Assembly: GCA_963770565.1 (NCBI GenBank)
Contig: CAVYQE010000002.1
Location: 544,001 to 608,000, forward strand
Source: an uncultured Actinomycetota bacterium
Lineage (GTDB): Bacteria > Actinomycetota > Actinomycetes > JAFAQI01
Length of the DNA stretch: 64,000 bases
Direction: 5' to 3'
The notes under the pieces are model-generated. The model was given only the letters and a program-made list of their open reading frames with translations. It did not search any database and was not told the DNA's origin. This document shows, one piece after another, positions 46,950-57,776 of this stretch. Position 1 is the stretch's first letter; every line of letters starts with the position of its first letter. The translations under genes were made by a program, and so were the position numbers.

Positions 46950-47786
46950 TCAGACGTCCTTCTCGATCGGGACTCCGACGAGCGAACCGTACTCGGTCCA
47001 CGACCCGTCGTAGTTCTTGACGTTGGGCTGGCCGAGCAGCTCGTGCAGCACGAACCAGGTGTGTGCGCTGCGCTCGCCGATCCGGCAGTAGGCGATGGTG
47101 TCCTTGCCGTTGAGGTCGACTCCTGCCTCCGAGTAGAGCGTGGTCAGCTCGTCGTCGTCGCGGAAGGTGCCGTCCTCGTTGGCCGCCTTGCTCCACGGGA
47201 TGTTGGCCGCGGTCGGGATGTGGCCGGCCCGCTGCGACTGCTCCTGCGGCAGGTGCGCCGGCGCGAGCAGCTTGCCGGAGAACTCGTCCGGCGAGCGGAC
47301 GTCGACCAGGTTCTTCACGCCGATCGCGGCGATGACCTCGTCGCGGAAGGCCCGGATGTCGTTGTTCGGGGCTTGCGCGGTGTAGCTGGTCGCGGCCCGG
47401 TTCGGGGTCTCCTCGACCAGCTCGCGGCTGTCGAGCTCCCACTTCTTGCGCCCGCCGTCGAGCAGCTTGACGTCCTGGTGGCCGTAGAGCTTGAAGTACC
47501 AGTACGCGTACGCCGCGAACCAGTTGTTGTTGCCGCCGTACAGCACGACCGTGTCATCGTTGCCGATGCCGCGCGAGGACAGCAGCGCCTCGAACTGCTC
47601 CTTGCTCACGAAGTCGCGGCGGACCTGGTCCTGCAGGTCGGCCTTCCAGTCCAGCCGGACCGCGCCCTTGATGTGGTTCTTGTCGTACGCCGCGGTGTCC
47701 TCGTCGACCTCGACGAGGACGACGTTCGGATCGTCGAGGTGTGCCTCGACCCAATCGGCGTCGACAAGTACGTCGCTTCGAGCCAT
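46950..47786 (-). CDS. Thiosulfate sulfurtransferase (CysA2/SseA-like rhodanese)
   Basis: VEVDED..AY...HI.GA, YGGNNNWFAAY, YCRIGERS, NYDGSWTEYG. Confidence 0.96.
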   Translation of the reverse strand: MARSDVLVDADWVEAHLDDPNVVLVEVDEDTAAYDKNHIKGAVRLDWKADLQDQVRRDFVSKEQFEALLSSRGIGNDDTVVLYGGNNNWFAAYAYWYFKLYGHQDVKLLDGGRKKWELDSRELVEETPNRAATSYTAQAPNNDIRAFRDEVIAAIGVKNLVDVRSPDEFSGKLLAPAHLPQEQSQRAGHIPTAANIPWSKAANEDGTFRDDDELTTLYSEAGVDLNGKDTIAYCRIGERSAHTWFVLHELLGQPNVKNYDGSWTEYGSLVGVPIEKDV

Positions 47787-47939
47787 TTGTGGTTCTCTCC
47801 TTGCAAATTGTGGGGTGCCATTGCCGGACTCCGCCGGGTCAACAACAAAGAATCTGAGCGGGGAAACTCCTGAACGTTCGTGCGGTTGCCGGCCGCGGAC
47901 GCGCGATGGCTGCCGGTCAGGCAGCCTCGGCCTAGCGGG

Positions 47940-48038
47940 TCAGGACCGACACAGACAGGTGGCCACGCGGCACAGGTCGACCGCGCGCCGGCTCCACAGC
48001 GCGGGGTCAGCCCACGTCGCGCTCGAGGAGATGATCAC
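47940..48038 (-). CDS. Leaderless Cys-rich leader (attenuator) peptide, Ms5788A-like
   Basis: MIISSSATWADPALWSRRAVDLCRVATCLCRS; GTG lies 6 nt after a TAGTGT -10; directly upstream of the sulfurtransferase operon. Confidence 0.82.
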   Translation of the reverse strand: MIISSSATWADPALWSRRAVDLCRVATCLCRS

Positions 48039-48120
48039 CGGCCAACACTACGCAACCGCCGTCTCGAGCCGCAACCGCGCGAGCCACTGCTGGGCGGCGA
48101 TCGGAATGGGGCCGTGCGAT

Positions 48121-48145
48121 GATTAGTTGCGTAGGCTAAGTAATC
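48121..48145 (+). promoter_or_regulatory. AT-rich imperfect palindrome (possible repressor operator) overlapping a TAGGCT -10 upstream of the MFS gene
   Basis: GATTAGTTGCGTAGGCTAAGTAATC with GATTA/TAATC arms. Confidence 0.45.
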
Positions 48146-48179
48146 GCGCTCGACGGCGCCCCGATCCGGAAGGCCGACC

Positions 48180-49976
48180 ATGCCCACCGCGCCCGCGACC
48201 TCCTCGGCACCCGAGGCCATGGGCATCGCCTACAAGTGGATCGCGCTGTCGAACACCACGCTCGGTGTACTGATGGTGACCATCAACACCTCGATCCTGC
48301 TCATCGCCCTGCCGGACATCTTCCGGGGGATCAAGCTCGACCCGCTCGCACCGAGCAACACGCCGTACTTCCTGTGGATCCTGACCGGGTTCCTGCTGGT
48401 CACCAGCGTGCTCGTCGTGAGCCTCGGCCGGATCGGCGACATCTACGGACGAGTCCGGATGTTCAACCTCGGGTTCGCGATCTTCACCTCGTTCTCCCTG
48501 TTGCTGGCGATCACCTGGCTGACCGGTGCCCACGGCGCACTCTGGATCGTGCTGATGCGGCTCGGCCAGGGCGTCGGCGGCGCCTTCCTCTACGCCAACT
48601 CGAGCGCGATCCTGACCGACGCCTTCCCGGAGAACGAGCGCGGGCTGGCGCTTGGCATCAACGGCGTGGCCGCGGTCGGCGGCGCTTTTCTCGGCCTGAT
48701 CCTCGGCGGCTTGCTGGCTCCGATCGAGTGGCGCCTGGTATTCGTCCTGTCCGTCCCGCTTGGCCTGTTCGGCACGGTCTGGTCGTATCTCAAACTGCGC
48801 GACAACGGCGTCCGTACGCCGAGCCGGATCGACTGGGCCGGCAACACGTTGTTCGCGCTCGGCCTGGTCGGCGTACTCACCGGGATCGTGTATGGCCTGC
48901 AGCCCTACGGCGGGCACACGATGGGCTGGACCAAGCCGTTCGTGCTGATCTGCCTGTTCGGCGGGGTCGCGGTCATCGGGCTGTTCGTCGTGGTCGAGAC
49001 CCGAGCCGCCGACCCGATGTTCCGGCTGCACCTGTTTCGGATCCGGGCCTTCACGATGGGCAACCTCACCGCCCTGTGCGCGTCGCTCGCGCGCGGCGGG
49101 CTGATGTTCATCCTGATCATCTGGCTGCAGGGCATCTGGCTGCCCGAGCATGGCTACAGCTTCGAACGCACGCCGCTGTGGGCCGGCATCTACATGATCC
49201 CGCTCACCGTCGGCTTCCTGATCTCCGGACCGCTCTCCGGCCGGCTCGCCGACCGGTTCGGCGCCCGGCCGTTTGCGACCGCCGGAGTGGCGCTGTCCGG
49301 AACGGTCTTCTTGCTGTTCAACCTGCTGCCGATGAACTTCGACTACGTGTGGTTCGCCACGCTGGTGCTGCTCGTCGGCCTCGCGCTCGGTCTGTTCCAC
49401 GCGCCCAACACCGCCAACGTCATGAACTCACTGCCCGCGGACCAGCGCGGCGCCGGCGCAGGCATGCTCAACACCTTCCAGAACAGCGCGCAGGTGCTTT
49501 CGATCGGCGTGTTCTTCACGGTCATCACGCTCGGGCTGGCGGCCCGGCTGCCCAGCGCCCTCGACCACGGCCTCGTGGCGCAGGGGGTGCCGGCTGCGCA
49601 GGCCCACTCGATCGCGACGCTGCCCCCGATCGGATCGCTGTTCGCCGCCTTCCTCGGCTTCAATCCGATCAAGCAGCTCCTGCCGTCCGCCTCCGCGGCC
49701 CACGTGTCGGCCGCCCACTACCGGTTCCTCACCGGGCGCGGGTTCTTCCCGCGCCTGATCGCCGGACCGTTCGGGCACGGGCTGCACCTGGCCTTCTTCA
49801 TGGCCGCCGCGGTCTGCTTCCTCGGGGCGATCTTCTCCGCGCTCCGCGGTGGCCAGAAAGCTGCCCCGCTCGGCCGCACCCGGGCCGAGTCGATGGAGCG
49901 CGGGATGGCCGGTGCCGGCGAGGTCGCGATGGCGGAGTCCGGAGCCGGCACGGACGGCGCGGTCATCACCCGCTGA
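48180..49976 (+). CDS. MFS transporter, DHA2/EmrB-like (14 TM)
   Basis: LGRIGDIYGRVR, RLGQGVGG, GRLADRFGAR. Confidence 0.93.
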   Translation: MPTAPATSSAPEAMGIAYKWIALSNTTLGVLMVTINTSILLIALPDIFRGIKLDPLAPSNTPYFLWILTGFLLVTSVLVVSLGRIGDIYGRVRMFNLGFAIFTSFSLLLAITWLTGAHGALWIVLMRLGQGVGGAFLYANSSAILTDAFPENERGLALGINGVAAVGGAFLGLILGGLLAPIEWRLVFVLSVPLGLFGTVWSYLKLRDNGVRTPSRIDWAGNTLFALGLVGVLTGIVYGLQPYGGHTMGWTKPFVLICLFGGVAVIGLFVVVETRAADPMFRLHLFRIRAFTMGNLTALCASLARGGLMFILIIWLQGIWLPEHGYSFERTPLWAGIYMIPLTVGFLISGPLSGRLADRFGARPFATAGVALSGTVFLLFNLLPMNFDYVWFATLVLLVGLALGLFHAPNTANVMNSLPADQRGAGAGMLNTFQNSAQVLSIGVFFTVITLGLAARLPSALDHGLVAQGVPAAQAHSIATLPPIGSLFAAFLGFNPIKQLLPSASAAHVSAAHYRFLTGRGFFPRLIAGPFGHGLHLAFFMAAAVCFLGAIFSALRGGQKAAPLGRTRAESMERGMAGAGEVAMAESGAGTDGAVITR

Positions 49977-50063
49977 GGCATGGCCCGCCGCCGATTGGCG
50001 GACAACACCGCCGCCAGCCGCGCCAAGCGCGGGTCCGATCCGTAACTTTGTCGGTACGCGGGT

Positions 50064-50088
50064 CAACCTCCCCGCTCGGTCAAGCGTT
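50064..50088 (+). promoter_or_regulatory. ECF-type promoter (likely autoregulatory)
   Basis: CAAC-N17-CGTT, 12 nt upstream of the sigma factor GTG. Confidence 0.55.
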
Positions 50089-50100
50089 AATCAGGGGACG

Positions 50101-50607
50101 GTGCACGTCGTGAGCTTCGACGAAGCAACGACTACCGCCCCTGCCGAACCGAGCTTCGAGGAGGTCTTTCCCGTGCTGATCCGCGACGCCTATCGCGTCG
50201 CGTACCGGCTGCTCGGCGACCAGGGCGAGGCCGAGGACGTGGCCCAGGAAGCCTGCGCCCGCGCCTACAGCAGGTGGGCGAGCGTGCGCGATCACGCCGA
50301 GCCATGGTGCGTCCGGGTCGCGAGCAATCTCGCGCTCGACCTGCTCCGGGCCAGGACCCGGGCAGTCCGGCGCAACGAGCGGCTGCGGGCTGCCGATCCC
50401 GCGCCGACCGCCGGGCTCGAGGACAGGTTGGACCTGTACGCCGCGCTGTCGCATCTGCCCCGCCGCCAGCGCGAGACGGTCGTCCTGCGCTACCTCGGCG
50501 ACCTGTCCGAAGCGCAGACGGCGGACCTGATCGGCTGCTCGGTCGGATCGGTCAAGACCCACGCGAGCCGAGGGCTCGCCGCGCTGAAGGAGGTGCTCGC
50601 CCGATGA
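50101..50607 (+). CDS. ECF RNA polymerase sigma factor (SigE-like family)
   Basis: AYRLLGD..EAEDVAQEA, LPRRQRETVVLRY..DLSE.QTA..IGCSVGSVKTHASRG. Confidence 0.93.
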   Translation: MHVVSFDEATTTAPAEPSFEEVFPVLIRDAYRVAYRLLGDQGEAEDVAQEACARAYSRWASVRDHAEPWCVRVASNLALDLLRARTRAVRRNERLRAADPAPTAGLEDRLDLYAALSHLPRRQRETVVLRYLGDLSEAQTADLIGCSVGSVKTHASRGLAALKEVLAR

Positions 50608-51203
50608 CCTTCGACGACCCCGGCGAGGATCCCTTCGGCCACCTCGACGACCCGGCTCCGCCCATGCACGGCGCGGAGGCACTCACCCACGTGGTCGCCC
50701 GCGGTCAGCAGATCCGGCGTCGGCGCCGTACCGCCTACTCCGCGAGCACCGCGCTGATCGTGGTCGCCATCGCCGGCGCCGCGGTCGGGGTGGCTCGGGG
50801 CGGCGCGCACAACAGCCAGACCATCTCCACCCTCAAGTCCGGGACCCCGTCGGTGACGGCGTCGGAACTGTCATCGACGCCGACACGCTCGCATTCTTCG
50901 GGCCCGGGTGGCGGCGTAACCACCACGACCGGGCCGATCCAGCATCAGCACAGCCTGACCACCAGCCCGAACCCGACCACGACGCCGACCTGCAGCTCGA
51001 CACCGACCGCGGCGCCCGGTAGCCCCGCGGCGGGCGTCACCGCCAACGCGGTCGGCAAGCCGAAGAGCGGTACGTCGCTCTCACCGATCCCCACGCCGAC
51101 CCCGACCTGCATCCCGCCGTCCGGGGCGCCGACGCCGAGCACCTCAGTGAGCGCGACCCCTACCTCGACACCCAGCGACCTCGGCTCAGATCCCGCACCT
51201 TGA
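50604..51203 (+). CDS. Putative anti-sigma factor (single TM, Pro/Ser/Thr-rich exterior)
   Basis: ATGA overlap with the sigma gene; VVARGQQIRRRRR followed by a TM helix. Confidence 0.72.
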   Translation: MTFDDPGEDPFGHLDDPAPPMHGAEALTHVVARGQQIRRRRRTAYSASTALIVVAIAGAAVGVARGGAHNSQTISTLKSGTPSVTASELSSTPTRSHSSGPGGGVTTTTGPIQHQHSLTTSPNPTTTPTCSSTPTAAPGSPAAGVTANAVGKPKSGTSLSPIPTPTPTCIPPSGAPTPSTSVSATPTSTPSDLGSDPAP

Positions 51204-51231
51204 CATCGCCACCAGCCAACTACACAGCCGG

Positions 51232-51966
51232 TCAGGCCGGTCGCGCCCCGAGCACGATGTTGCCAGCGGTCCCCGTCACCGTGACGCCGACCGTCGAGAA
51301 CGTGACCGAATTCAGGCTGACCCGAAACGGCAGCCCGCGCAGTGGAAGTACCACCTTCCACGATCGGAGGGTGCTTCGAAGTAGCGCTGCCCCGACCGCA
51401 ACCGGCGATGACGGTGCCCGCTGGAGCCGACTGACGCCGAGCCTGACCTCGTTGCCGGACAGCGACAAGGCCGCGACTCCTTGCAGGACGGCGGTCTTCT
51501 TGCCGACCCGCAGTCGGTCCACCACCGTTGCTTGCGTGCCACCCGCCGCCCGAATCGAGATCCGCTGACCCACCGGGCTGTGCGTGCTCAGGTAGGTATT
51601 GACCTCGGCGATCGACACGAGTGCCGTGGCGCTGACCCGGTCGACCGGCACCAGCGAAACGGACCCCCGCAGCACCTTGCTGAACCGAATGTGTACGCCG
51701 TGCAGGCTTGCGGTCAGGCTCGAAACGGTCAGGCCGTTGACCACCACGTCATTCGCCTTGACCGTAATGTTCGAATATTTGCCGCTGATGGCCTGAGTGA
51801 GGAACGGAAACCCGCCGATCGACGCGTCCGGACGACCGTCGAGGTGTTCGTCGGTTTGCAACTTGCCGGCCAACACGTGCGCTGCCACGATCGCGCCGAG
51901 CCGGTCGGCCGCCACCAACACTGCGAGCAGGAAGATCAGAACCGCGATCAGGAACCGGCGAAACAC
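51232..51966 (-). CDS. DUF2993 / LmeA family protein
   Basis: ADR.G, IGGFPFLTQAISGKY, LPF.VSL..V; synteny with glnR-mshD. Confidence 0.85.
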   Translation of the reverse strand: MFRRFLIAVLIFLLAVLVAADRLGAIVAAHVLAGKLQTDEHLDGRPDASIGGFPFLTQAISGKYSNITVKANDVVVNGLTVSSLTASLHGVHIRFSKVLRGSVSLVPVDRVSATALVSIAEVNTYLSTHSPVGQRISIRAAGGTQATVVDRLRVGKKTAVLQGVAALSLSGNEVRLGVSRLQRAPSSPVAVGAALLRSTLRSWKVVLPLRGLPFRVSLNSVTFSTVGVTVTGTAGNIVLGARPA

Positions 51967-51973
51967 TGGGTCA

Positions 51974-52228
51974 CTAGCCTCCCGCGAAGGGCGGTAGCAC
52001 CTCGACAGTGCCTCCGGCGGACAGCTCGACGCCCGCGTGATCGCGACCGCCCACCGGCGCTTCGTCCACGATGAACGAGCACCGTGCGAGGACTCTACTC
52101 AGCGCCTCGTCGTGACGCAGCCGAATCGAGTCAAGAGCTTCAGACAAGGTGCGGGCGTCGTACGGCTCCTCGGCAACGCCGGCCGCCTCGCGGGCCGCGG
52201 CCCAATACCGAACAACCCCCTCGGGCAT
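51974..52228 (-). CDS. MoaD/ThiS family sulfur carrier
   Basis: VRYWAAAREAAG...VEVLPPFAGG (C-terminal GG). Confidence 0.93.
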   Translation of the reverse strand: MPEGVVRYWAAAREAAGVAEEPYDARTLSEALDSIRLRHDEALSRVLARCSFIVDEAPVGGRDHAGVELSAGGTVEVLPPFAGG

Positions 52229-52231
52229 CGG

Positions 52232-53023
52232 CTACCGACCCGGGCCGCGAGCGAGCAACTCGGGAAGGTGCCGGCCGATCCGATCGAGCAGCTCCGGGGT
52301 GGCCGCACTTTCGGCGTGGCCGAATCCCTCGACCAGCCACAGCTCCTTGGGCTCACGGGCGGCGTCGTACAACGCCTGGGGATGGTCGACCGGGAAGTAG
52401 TGGTCGCGGTCACCGTGAATGAGCAGCAACGGAATCGGGCTGATCCGCGGGACAACGTCGCTCGGAGACTCCGGCGGCGCCTGCGGATCCCAGCCGATCG
52501 GGGAGATCCGCGTGCGCAACGCCCGACGCGCGATCAACCGGCCGAGGCGGGTTTCGATCGCCCAATGCACCCGGCGCATCGGCGTCGTGTCGCGGTAGTA
52601 CCACCGGGACGGCCCGGACACGCTGATGACCGCGTCGACCCCACCGTGCAGCGCGGCGTGCCGGAGCACCACCGTGGCACCCATCGACCACCCGCAGGTG
52701 ACGACCGACCGATAACCCAGCCGGCGCGCCGCCGCCACCGCGGCGTCGAGGTCGAGGACCTCACGATGCCCGAGCGTCGACTGCCCGGTGGAACGCCCAT
52801 GACCGCGGAAGTCAAAAGCGATGACGCCGGCGTAGCGGGATAGGGCGGCGACGATGCTACGGATCCCGGGCCGGTCAAGGGATTGGGTGAACCCGTGCGC
52901 CACCACGACCACGGTGTCCCGCACCGGGTCGGGCCCTTCGACGTGAACTGCCTCCAGCCGTTCGCCGTCAGCGGTGTGCAGCGCGAGCCGATCCCAGGTC
53001 GGCGACAGCGGGGCCGAGGACAC
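52232..53023 (-). CDS. Alpha/beta hydrolase
   Basis: HGF, FDFRGHG.S.G, GWSMG, IHGDRD, GFGHAE. Confidence 0.92.
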   Translation of the reverse strand: MSSAPLSPTWDRLALHTADGERLEAVHVEGPDPVRDTVVVVAHGFTQSLDRPGIRSIVAALSRYAGVIAFDFRGHGRSTGQSTLGHREVLDLDAAVAAARRLGYRSVVTCGWSMGATVVLRHAALHGGVDAVISVSGPSRWYYRDTTPMRRVHWAIETRLGRLIARRALRTRISPIGWDPQAPPESPSDVVPRISPIPLLLIHGDRDHYFPVDHPQALYDAAREPKELWLVEGFGHAESAATPELLDRIGRHLPELLARGPGR

Positions 53024-53174
53024 TCGGCTATCCTCGCCTAGTCGGGCCCGGGCAGCGCCGCCCCCCGTGGGATTGGCGCCTCGCCGGGCCATTTCTTTTC
53101 GCGCCAGTCGCGACACGGTGCCGGCACGTTCACGGGCCGCAGCCCAGCCGGCCGGGAAATGAAAGGATCACGCC

Positions 53175-53963
53175 GTGGCGAGCTTGGTGCTCTTGACCGG
53201 TGCCTCTGGTGCCTCGACGGACGTGTTGCCCAACCTCGCATTGCTTCCGCACGTCATCCGGGTGCTGCCGCTCGACGTCGCGCCGCTGCTTGATGCGCCG
53301 CCGAGCGACGTCATCCTGATCGACGCGCGCCGCGATCTCGCCGCCGCCCGCCAGACCTGCCGGGTGCTTCGTACCACTGGCGCCGATGCTCCCCTGCTCG
53401 CGGTGGTGACCGAAGGCGGGCTGGCCGCGGTCGCCGCCGACTGGGGCTTCGACGACGTCCTGCTCGACAACGCCGGACCCGCCGAGATCGAGGCCCGGCT
53501 GCGAATCGCCATCGGTCGCGCAACCGCGAGCCGCGAGTCGTCACCGGTAACCAGTGCGGAGATCCGCTCAGGTGACCTGAGCATCGACGAGGCGACGTAC
53601 CAGGCGAGGCTGGGCAACCGTGGTCTGGACCTGACCTTCAAGGAGTTCGAGCTGCTGAAGTTTCTCGCCCAGCATCCGGGCCGAGTTTTCAGCCGGGCGC
53701 AGCTGCTGCAAGAGGTCTGGGGATACGACTACTTCGGCGGCACCCGCACGGTCGACGTACACGTCCGGCGACTGCGCGCCAAGCTCGGCCCCGACCGTGA
53801 GGCGCTGATCGGCACGGTCCGCAACGTCGGCTACAAGTTCGTCGTTCAACCATTGACAGCACTGCCGATGACGCCGGACACCGCCGATGCGGCTGCGGAT
53901 GCTGACAACCCAGCGGTCGACACGCCATCCGCCGCATCCGCGGATGCACAGGCGATGCGGTAG
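53175..53963 (+). CDS. glnR: Orphan OmpR-family regulator, GlnR-like
   Basis: Atypical receiver domain ([10 protein letters not shown]); [55 protein letters not shown]; upstream of mshD. Confidence 0.88.
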   Translation: MASLVLLTGASGASTDVLPNLALLPHVIRVLPLDVAPLLDAPPSDVILIDARRDLAAARQTCRVLRTTGADAPLLAVVTEGGLAAVAADWGFDDVLLDNAGPAEIEARLRIAIGRATASRESSPVTSAEIRSGDLSIDEATYQARLGNRGLDLTFKEFELLKFLAQHPGRVFSRAQLLQEVWGYDYFGGTRTVDVHVRRLRAKLGPDREALIGTVRNVGYKFVVQPLTALPMTPDTADAAADADNPAVDTPSAASADAQAMR

Positions 53964-53973
53964 ACCAACTGTT

Positions 53974-54858
53974 GTGTCGGCCGGCCGAATCGAGTGGCAA
54001 CCGTCGCTCTCGGCCGCGCAGATCGACGAAGTCCTGGCCCTGATCGCCCGGGTCACCGAGCTCGAGGGCCGCAAGCCGGTATCCGAACGCGTGGTCTTAC
54101 AGGTCCGGCACAACGGTGCGGCCGACACCCGGCATGGACTCCTGCGGTCGGACCGCGAGTTGGTCGGCTACGCGCAGCTCAACGTCCCCGAGTCGGTGGC
54201 CGAGCTCGCCGCCGTCGACTCCGTCGCGATCCGCGCTCTGGTCGATGGGCTCGTCGCCGAATCCGGCCGGGAGCTTCGAGTCTGGGCTCACGGGCAGTCC
54301 GCCGCGAGTGCGCCGGTCCTTCGCGATCTCGGCTTCGCGCCGCAACGTGTCCTGTTCCAAATGCGCCGATCGCTGACCGAGCCAACCCTTAGCGACCCGG
54401 CCTGGCCGAACGGCGTGACCGTCCGCACCTTCGTCGTGGACCAGGACGAAGCGGCCTGGCTCGCGGTCAACAGCGCGGCGTTCGCCGATCACCCCGAGCA
54501 GTCGAACTGGTCGATCGACGACATTCGCGCCCGCGAGAAGCAGCCCTGGTTCGACCCGGCCGGATTCTTTCTCGCCGAACGCGCGGGCGAGCTCGTCGGC
54601 TTCCACTGGACCAAGGTGCACAAGCCCGCCGGCGACGACCATGAACCGGTCGGCGAGGTCTATGTCGTCGGGGTCGCGCCGTCCATGCAGGGCCAGCACC
54701 TCGGCTCGGCCCTCACGCTGATCGGGTTGATCCATCTGCGCGACCTCGGGCTGCATACCGTGAAGCTGTACGTCGACGAGTCCAACCAGGCCGCGGTCAG
54801 GGTCTACGAACGGCTCGGCTTCGCCCGGTGGGACGTCGACATCTGCTTCCAGCGCTAG
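53974..54858 (+). CDS. mshD: Mycothiol synthase
   Basis: [48 protein letters not shown]. Confidence 0.95.
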   Translation: MSAGRIEWQPSLSAAQIDEVLALIARVTELEGRKPVSERVVLQVRHNGAADTRHGLLRSDRELVGYAQLNVPESVAELAAVDSVAIRALVDGLVAESGRELRVWAHGQSAASAPVLRDLGFAPQRVLFQMRRSLTEPTLSDPAWPNGVTVRTFVVDQDEAAWLAVNSAAFADHPEQSNWSIDDIRAREKQPWFDPAGFFLAERAGELVGFHWTKVHKPAGDDHEPVGEVYVVGVAPSMQGQHLGSALTLIGLIHLRDLGLHTVKLYVDESNQAAVRVYERLGFARWDVDICFQR

Positions 54859-54863
54859 ACCGG

Positions 54864-54915
54864 CCAAGCAATGTCACATTGCCTAGCCAAATCCGGGGGT
54901 CGAGTCACAGTGCTT
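54864..54915. repeat. Partial copy of the 42506 element
   Basis: CCAAGCAATGTCACATTGCCTAGCCAAATCCGGGGG vs CCAAGCAATGTCACATTGCCCAGCCGAATCGGGGGG. Confidence 0.85.
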
Positions 54916-55333
54916 AGGACTTGCGGCGGAGCCGGTCGGCCCAGCGCCGCTGGCTCGGCGCTGTGATCGACGCACTCGGTGCACTCGACGTACTCGGGCT
55001 CGGGATCGACGACTGAGGCGCATCGGTCGGATGTGCGGGTGGCGGCGGAGTGGGCGGTGCGTCGTAGTCAGTGGCCGCGATGATCTTCACGATCGCGTCC
55101 GCATCGAGGTCGTCGCTGTCCGGAATCTGAGGCACGAAGCCGACCAGTACGCCGTCCCGTAGCACCATCGCCTCGAGACCAGCCGCACCGTCGTTGTCCC
55201 AGATCGCCTCGCGGCCATCGGGGATCACGATCCGGACGCCCACGTTGTAGACCCCGGCACGGCGATTGACGTGCGCGAAGATCGAACGGGCCCGCAACTG
55301 CTCGACGACATCGACCGCGATCGCCTCTTCCAT
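54914..55333 (-). CDS. Hypothetical protein
   Basis: Protein-like [36 protein letters not shown] core with a Pro/Ser tail. Confidence 0.75.
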   Translation of the reverse strand: MEEAIAVDVVEQLRARSIFAHVNRRAGVYNVGVRIVIPDGREAIWDNDGAAGLEAMVLRDGVLVGFVPQIPDSDDLDADAIVKIIAATDYDAPPTPPPPAHPTDAPQSSIPSPSTSSAPSASITAPSQRRWADRLRRKS

Positions 55334-55369
55334 GGCAACCACGCTATGTCGTCGCGATGTGAAGACCCC

Positions 55370-56383
55370 TCAGATTCGCCAGGTCAGGTAGTCGGGAGAT
55401 TCCTCCGTACCCCGCCGGATCCGTTCCATGTCGACCGCCACCATTTGCCGGATGACATCGGCGAGCGGCGTCTGTGCGGCCCAGCCGAGCTCATGTCGGG
55501 CCCGGGACGGATCGCCCAACAACTGCTCCGAGTCGGCCGGGCGGGCGATGGCCGGGTCTTCCTGCACGTGGGCCCACGGATCGTCGATACCGGCGCAACC
55601 GAACGCGGTCGTGACGAAGTCGCGCAGCGACGTCGCGGTCCCGGTTGCGACCACAAAGTCCTGCGCGGTCGGCTGCTGGAGCATCAGCCACATCGCGCGC
55701 ACGTAGTCCGACGCCGCGCCCCAGTCGCGTCGTACGTCGAGGGTCCCCAGCCTGAGCTCCGTGCGCAGGCCGGCCGAGATCTCGGCGGCGGCGCGGGTGA
55801 TCTTGCGGGTGACGAACTGCGGGCGCCGCAGAGGGCTCTCGTGGTTGAACAAGATTCCGTTGCAGGCGAACAGGTCGTACTCGGTCCGGAACCGCACGGT
55901 GCTGTCGTGCGCGATCCGCTTCGCATAGCCGTACGGGCTCTGCGGCGCGCGCGGCGAGCCCTCACTCAGTGGCTGCGACTGGCCCGGCCCGAAGATCTCC
56001 GCACTCGACGCCTGAAAGAACCGCGGGGCCTGGCCGCATTCGTCGCGATAGCGAACCAGGATCTCGAGGAGCCGCCCCACCGACGTCCCATTGACCTCGC
56101 CCACCTCGCGCGCGTCGTCCCACGACGAACCGACCGAGCTCAGCGCGGCGAGGTTGTAGACCTCGTTCGGCCGGACCGCGAACACCAACCGGCGCATCTC
56201 GGCCGCGTCGCGGATGTCGACCTCGACCACATCGACCCCATGCAGGTACGGCGCGAACTGGGTCGCGGCGTCGCTGCCGGGTGGCACCGTGCCGGTGATC
56301 CGGTAGCCCTGGCCGCCGAGGAATTGGGCCAGGTAGATCCCGTCCTGACCGGCGATGCCCGTAATGAGCGCATCCCTGTCCAC
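55370..56383 (-). CDS. gmd: GDP-mannose 4,6-dehydratase, divergent paralogue
   Basis: [51 protein letters not shown]. Confidence 0.85.
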   Translation of the reverse strand: MDRDALITGIAGQDGIYLAQFLGGQGYRITGTVPPGSDAATQFAPYLHGVDVVEVDIRDAAEMRRLVFAVRPNEVYNLAALSSVGSSWDDAREVGEVNGTSVGRLLEILVRYRDECGQAPRFFQASSAEIFGPGQSQPLSEGSPRAPQSPYGYAKRIAHDSTVRFRTEYDLFACNGILFNHESPLRRPQFVTRKITRAAAEISAGLRTELRLGTLDVRRDWGAASDYVRAMWLMLQQPTAQDFVVATGTATSLRDFVTTAFGCAGIDDPWAHVQEDPAIARPADSEQLLGDPSRARHELGWAAQTPLADVIRQMVAVDMERIRRGTEESPDYLTWRI

Positions 56384-56431
56384 GCGCGCAGACACTACAG
56401 TCTCTGCGGACGAGCCACCGAGAGGGATGAG

Positions 56432-57442
56432 ATGCCGAAGCGGGCCCTGATCACCGGAATCACCGGTCAGGACGGCTCGTACCTTGCCGAGCTGCTGCTC
56501 GACAAGGGGTACGAGGTGCACGGCATCATCCGGCGTGCGTCGACCTTCAACACCCACCGGATCGACCATCTGTACGTCGACGCGCACGACCCGAGCGCTC
56601 GGCTGTTCCTGCATTTCGGCGATCTCACCGACGGCACCCGGCTGGTCACGCTGCTGACCAAGGTGCAACCGGACGAGGTCTACCACCTGGCCGCGCAGAC
56701 CCACGTGCGGGTGTCGTTCGACGAGCCGGAGTACACCGGGCTGACCACCGGGCTCGGCACCACTCGGCTGCTCGAGGCCATCCGCGCGACCGGTCTCGCG
56801 ACCCGCTTCTATCAAGCGTCGTCGTCGGAGATGTTCGGCGCGGCGCCCCCGCCGCAGGACGAGTCGACCCCGTTCCACCCTCGATCGCCGTACGGCGTTG
56901 CCAAGGTCTACTCGTACTGGATGGCCCGCAACTACCGCGAGGCCTACGGGTTGTTCGCGTGCAACGGCATCCTGTTCAACCACGAGTCTCCGCGGCGTGG
57001 GGGCACCTTCGTCACCCGCAAGATCACCCGCGCGGTCGCCGCGATCGCGGCCGGCGAGCAGGAGCACCTCTACCTCGGCAACCTCGACGCGATCCGGGAT
57101 TGGGGCTACGCCCCCGAGTACGTCGAAGCCATGTGGCAGATGCTCCAGCAGGACGAACCGTCCGACTACGTCGTCGCGACCGGTGCGCCGTACTCAGTGC
57201 GCGATTTCGTGCAGTACGCCTTCGACCATGCCGGACTCGATTGGCAGCGGCACGTGCGATTCGACGAGCGCTACCTGAGACCGGCCGAGGCCGACGCCCT
57301 CGTCGGTGACGCGAGCAAGGCGGCCACCGAGCTCGGCTGGAAGCCCTCCGTGTTGACGCCCGATTTGGCCCGGATCATGGTCGACGCGGACCGCGCGATG
57401 CTCGAGGCGCCCGCGAACCCGGCAGAGCAGCCGCGCACGTAG
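56432..57442 (+). CDS. gmd: GDP-mannose 4,6-dehydratase
   Basis: [57 protein letters not shown]. Confidence 0.96.
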   Translation: MPKRALITGITGQDGSYLAELLLDKGYEVHGIIRRASTFNTHRIDHLYVDAHDPSARLFLHFGDLTDGTRLVTLLTKVQPDEVYHLAAQTHVRVSFDEPEYTGLTTGLGTTRLLEAIRATGLATRFYQASSSEMFGAAPPPQDESTPFHPRSPYGVAKVYSYWMARNYREAYGLFACNGILFNHESPRRGGTFVTRKITRAVAAIAAGEQEHLYLGNLDAIRDWGYAPEYVEAMWQMLQQDEPSDYVVATGAPYSVRDFVQYAFDHAGLDWQRHVRFDERYLRPAEADALVGDASKAATELGWKPSVLTPDLARIMVDADRAMLEAPANPAEQPRT

Positions 57443-57458
57443 GGACCTGCGACACCGA

Positions 57459-57644
57459 TCAGGTGCAGGCGCGGCAACGGCCGAGCGCGATCCGCGACCG
57501 CTCGCTCAATGCCATCTCGCGGTGGCAGACCGAGCAGACGAAGAACTCCTCCGGCTCCTCGTGCTGGCCGCGGCTGACCTTGGTCAGCGCGGCCGCGCGA
57601 GCGCGCTGAAGACGCTCGCGGGCGGAACCGCTAGTCGTAGCCAT
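57459..57644 (-). CDS. Small putative zinc-ribbon protein
   Basis: CSVC...CRAC in 61 aa; fills the intergenic gap. Confidence 0.55.
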   Translation of the reverse strand: MATTSGSARERLQRARAAALTKVSRGQHEEPEEFFVCSVCHREMALSERSRIALGRCRACT

Positions 57645-57776
57645 GACCACCATCTACTCGGACCGGGTACTCGCACCGCAGAGTCGGACGAATCTAGGCA
57701 ATTCATCGACACCGAACTTGAACGGATGCTGACCCGTTCGGACCGCCCGGGCCCGTCCAGTGGGCGCAGCAGGTCC

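Noticed and set aside
55348-55373. Additional sigma-28 promoter (CTGA-N16-GACGAC) upstream of 54914-55333
   Set aside because: Both elements mismatch the consensus; too weak to count.
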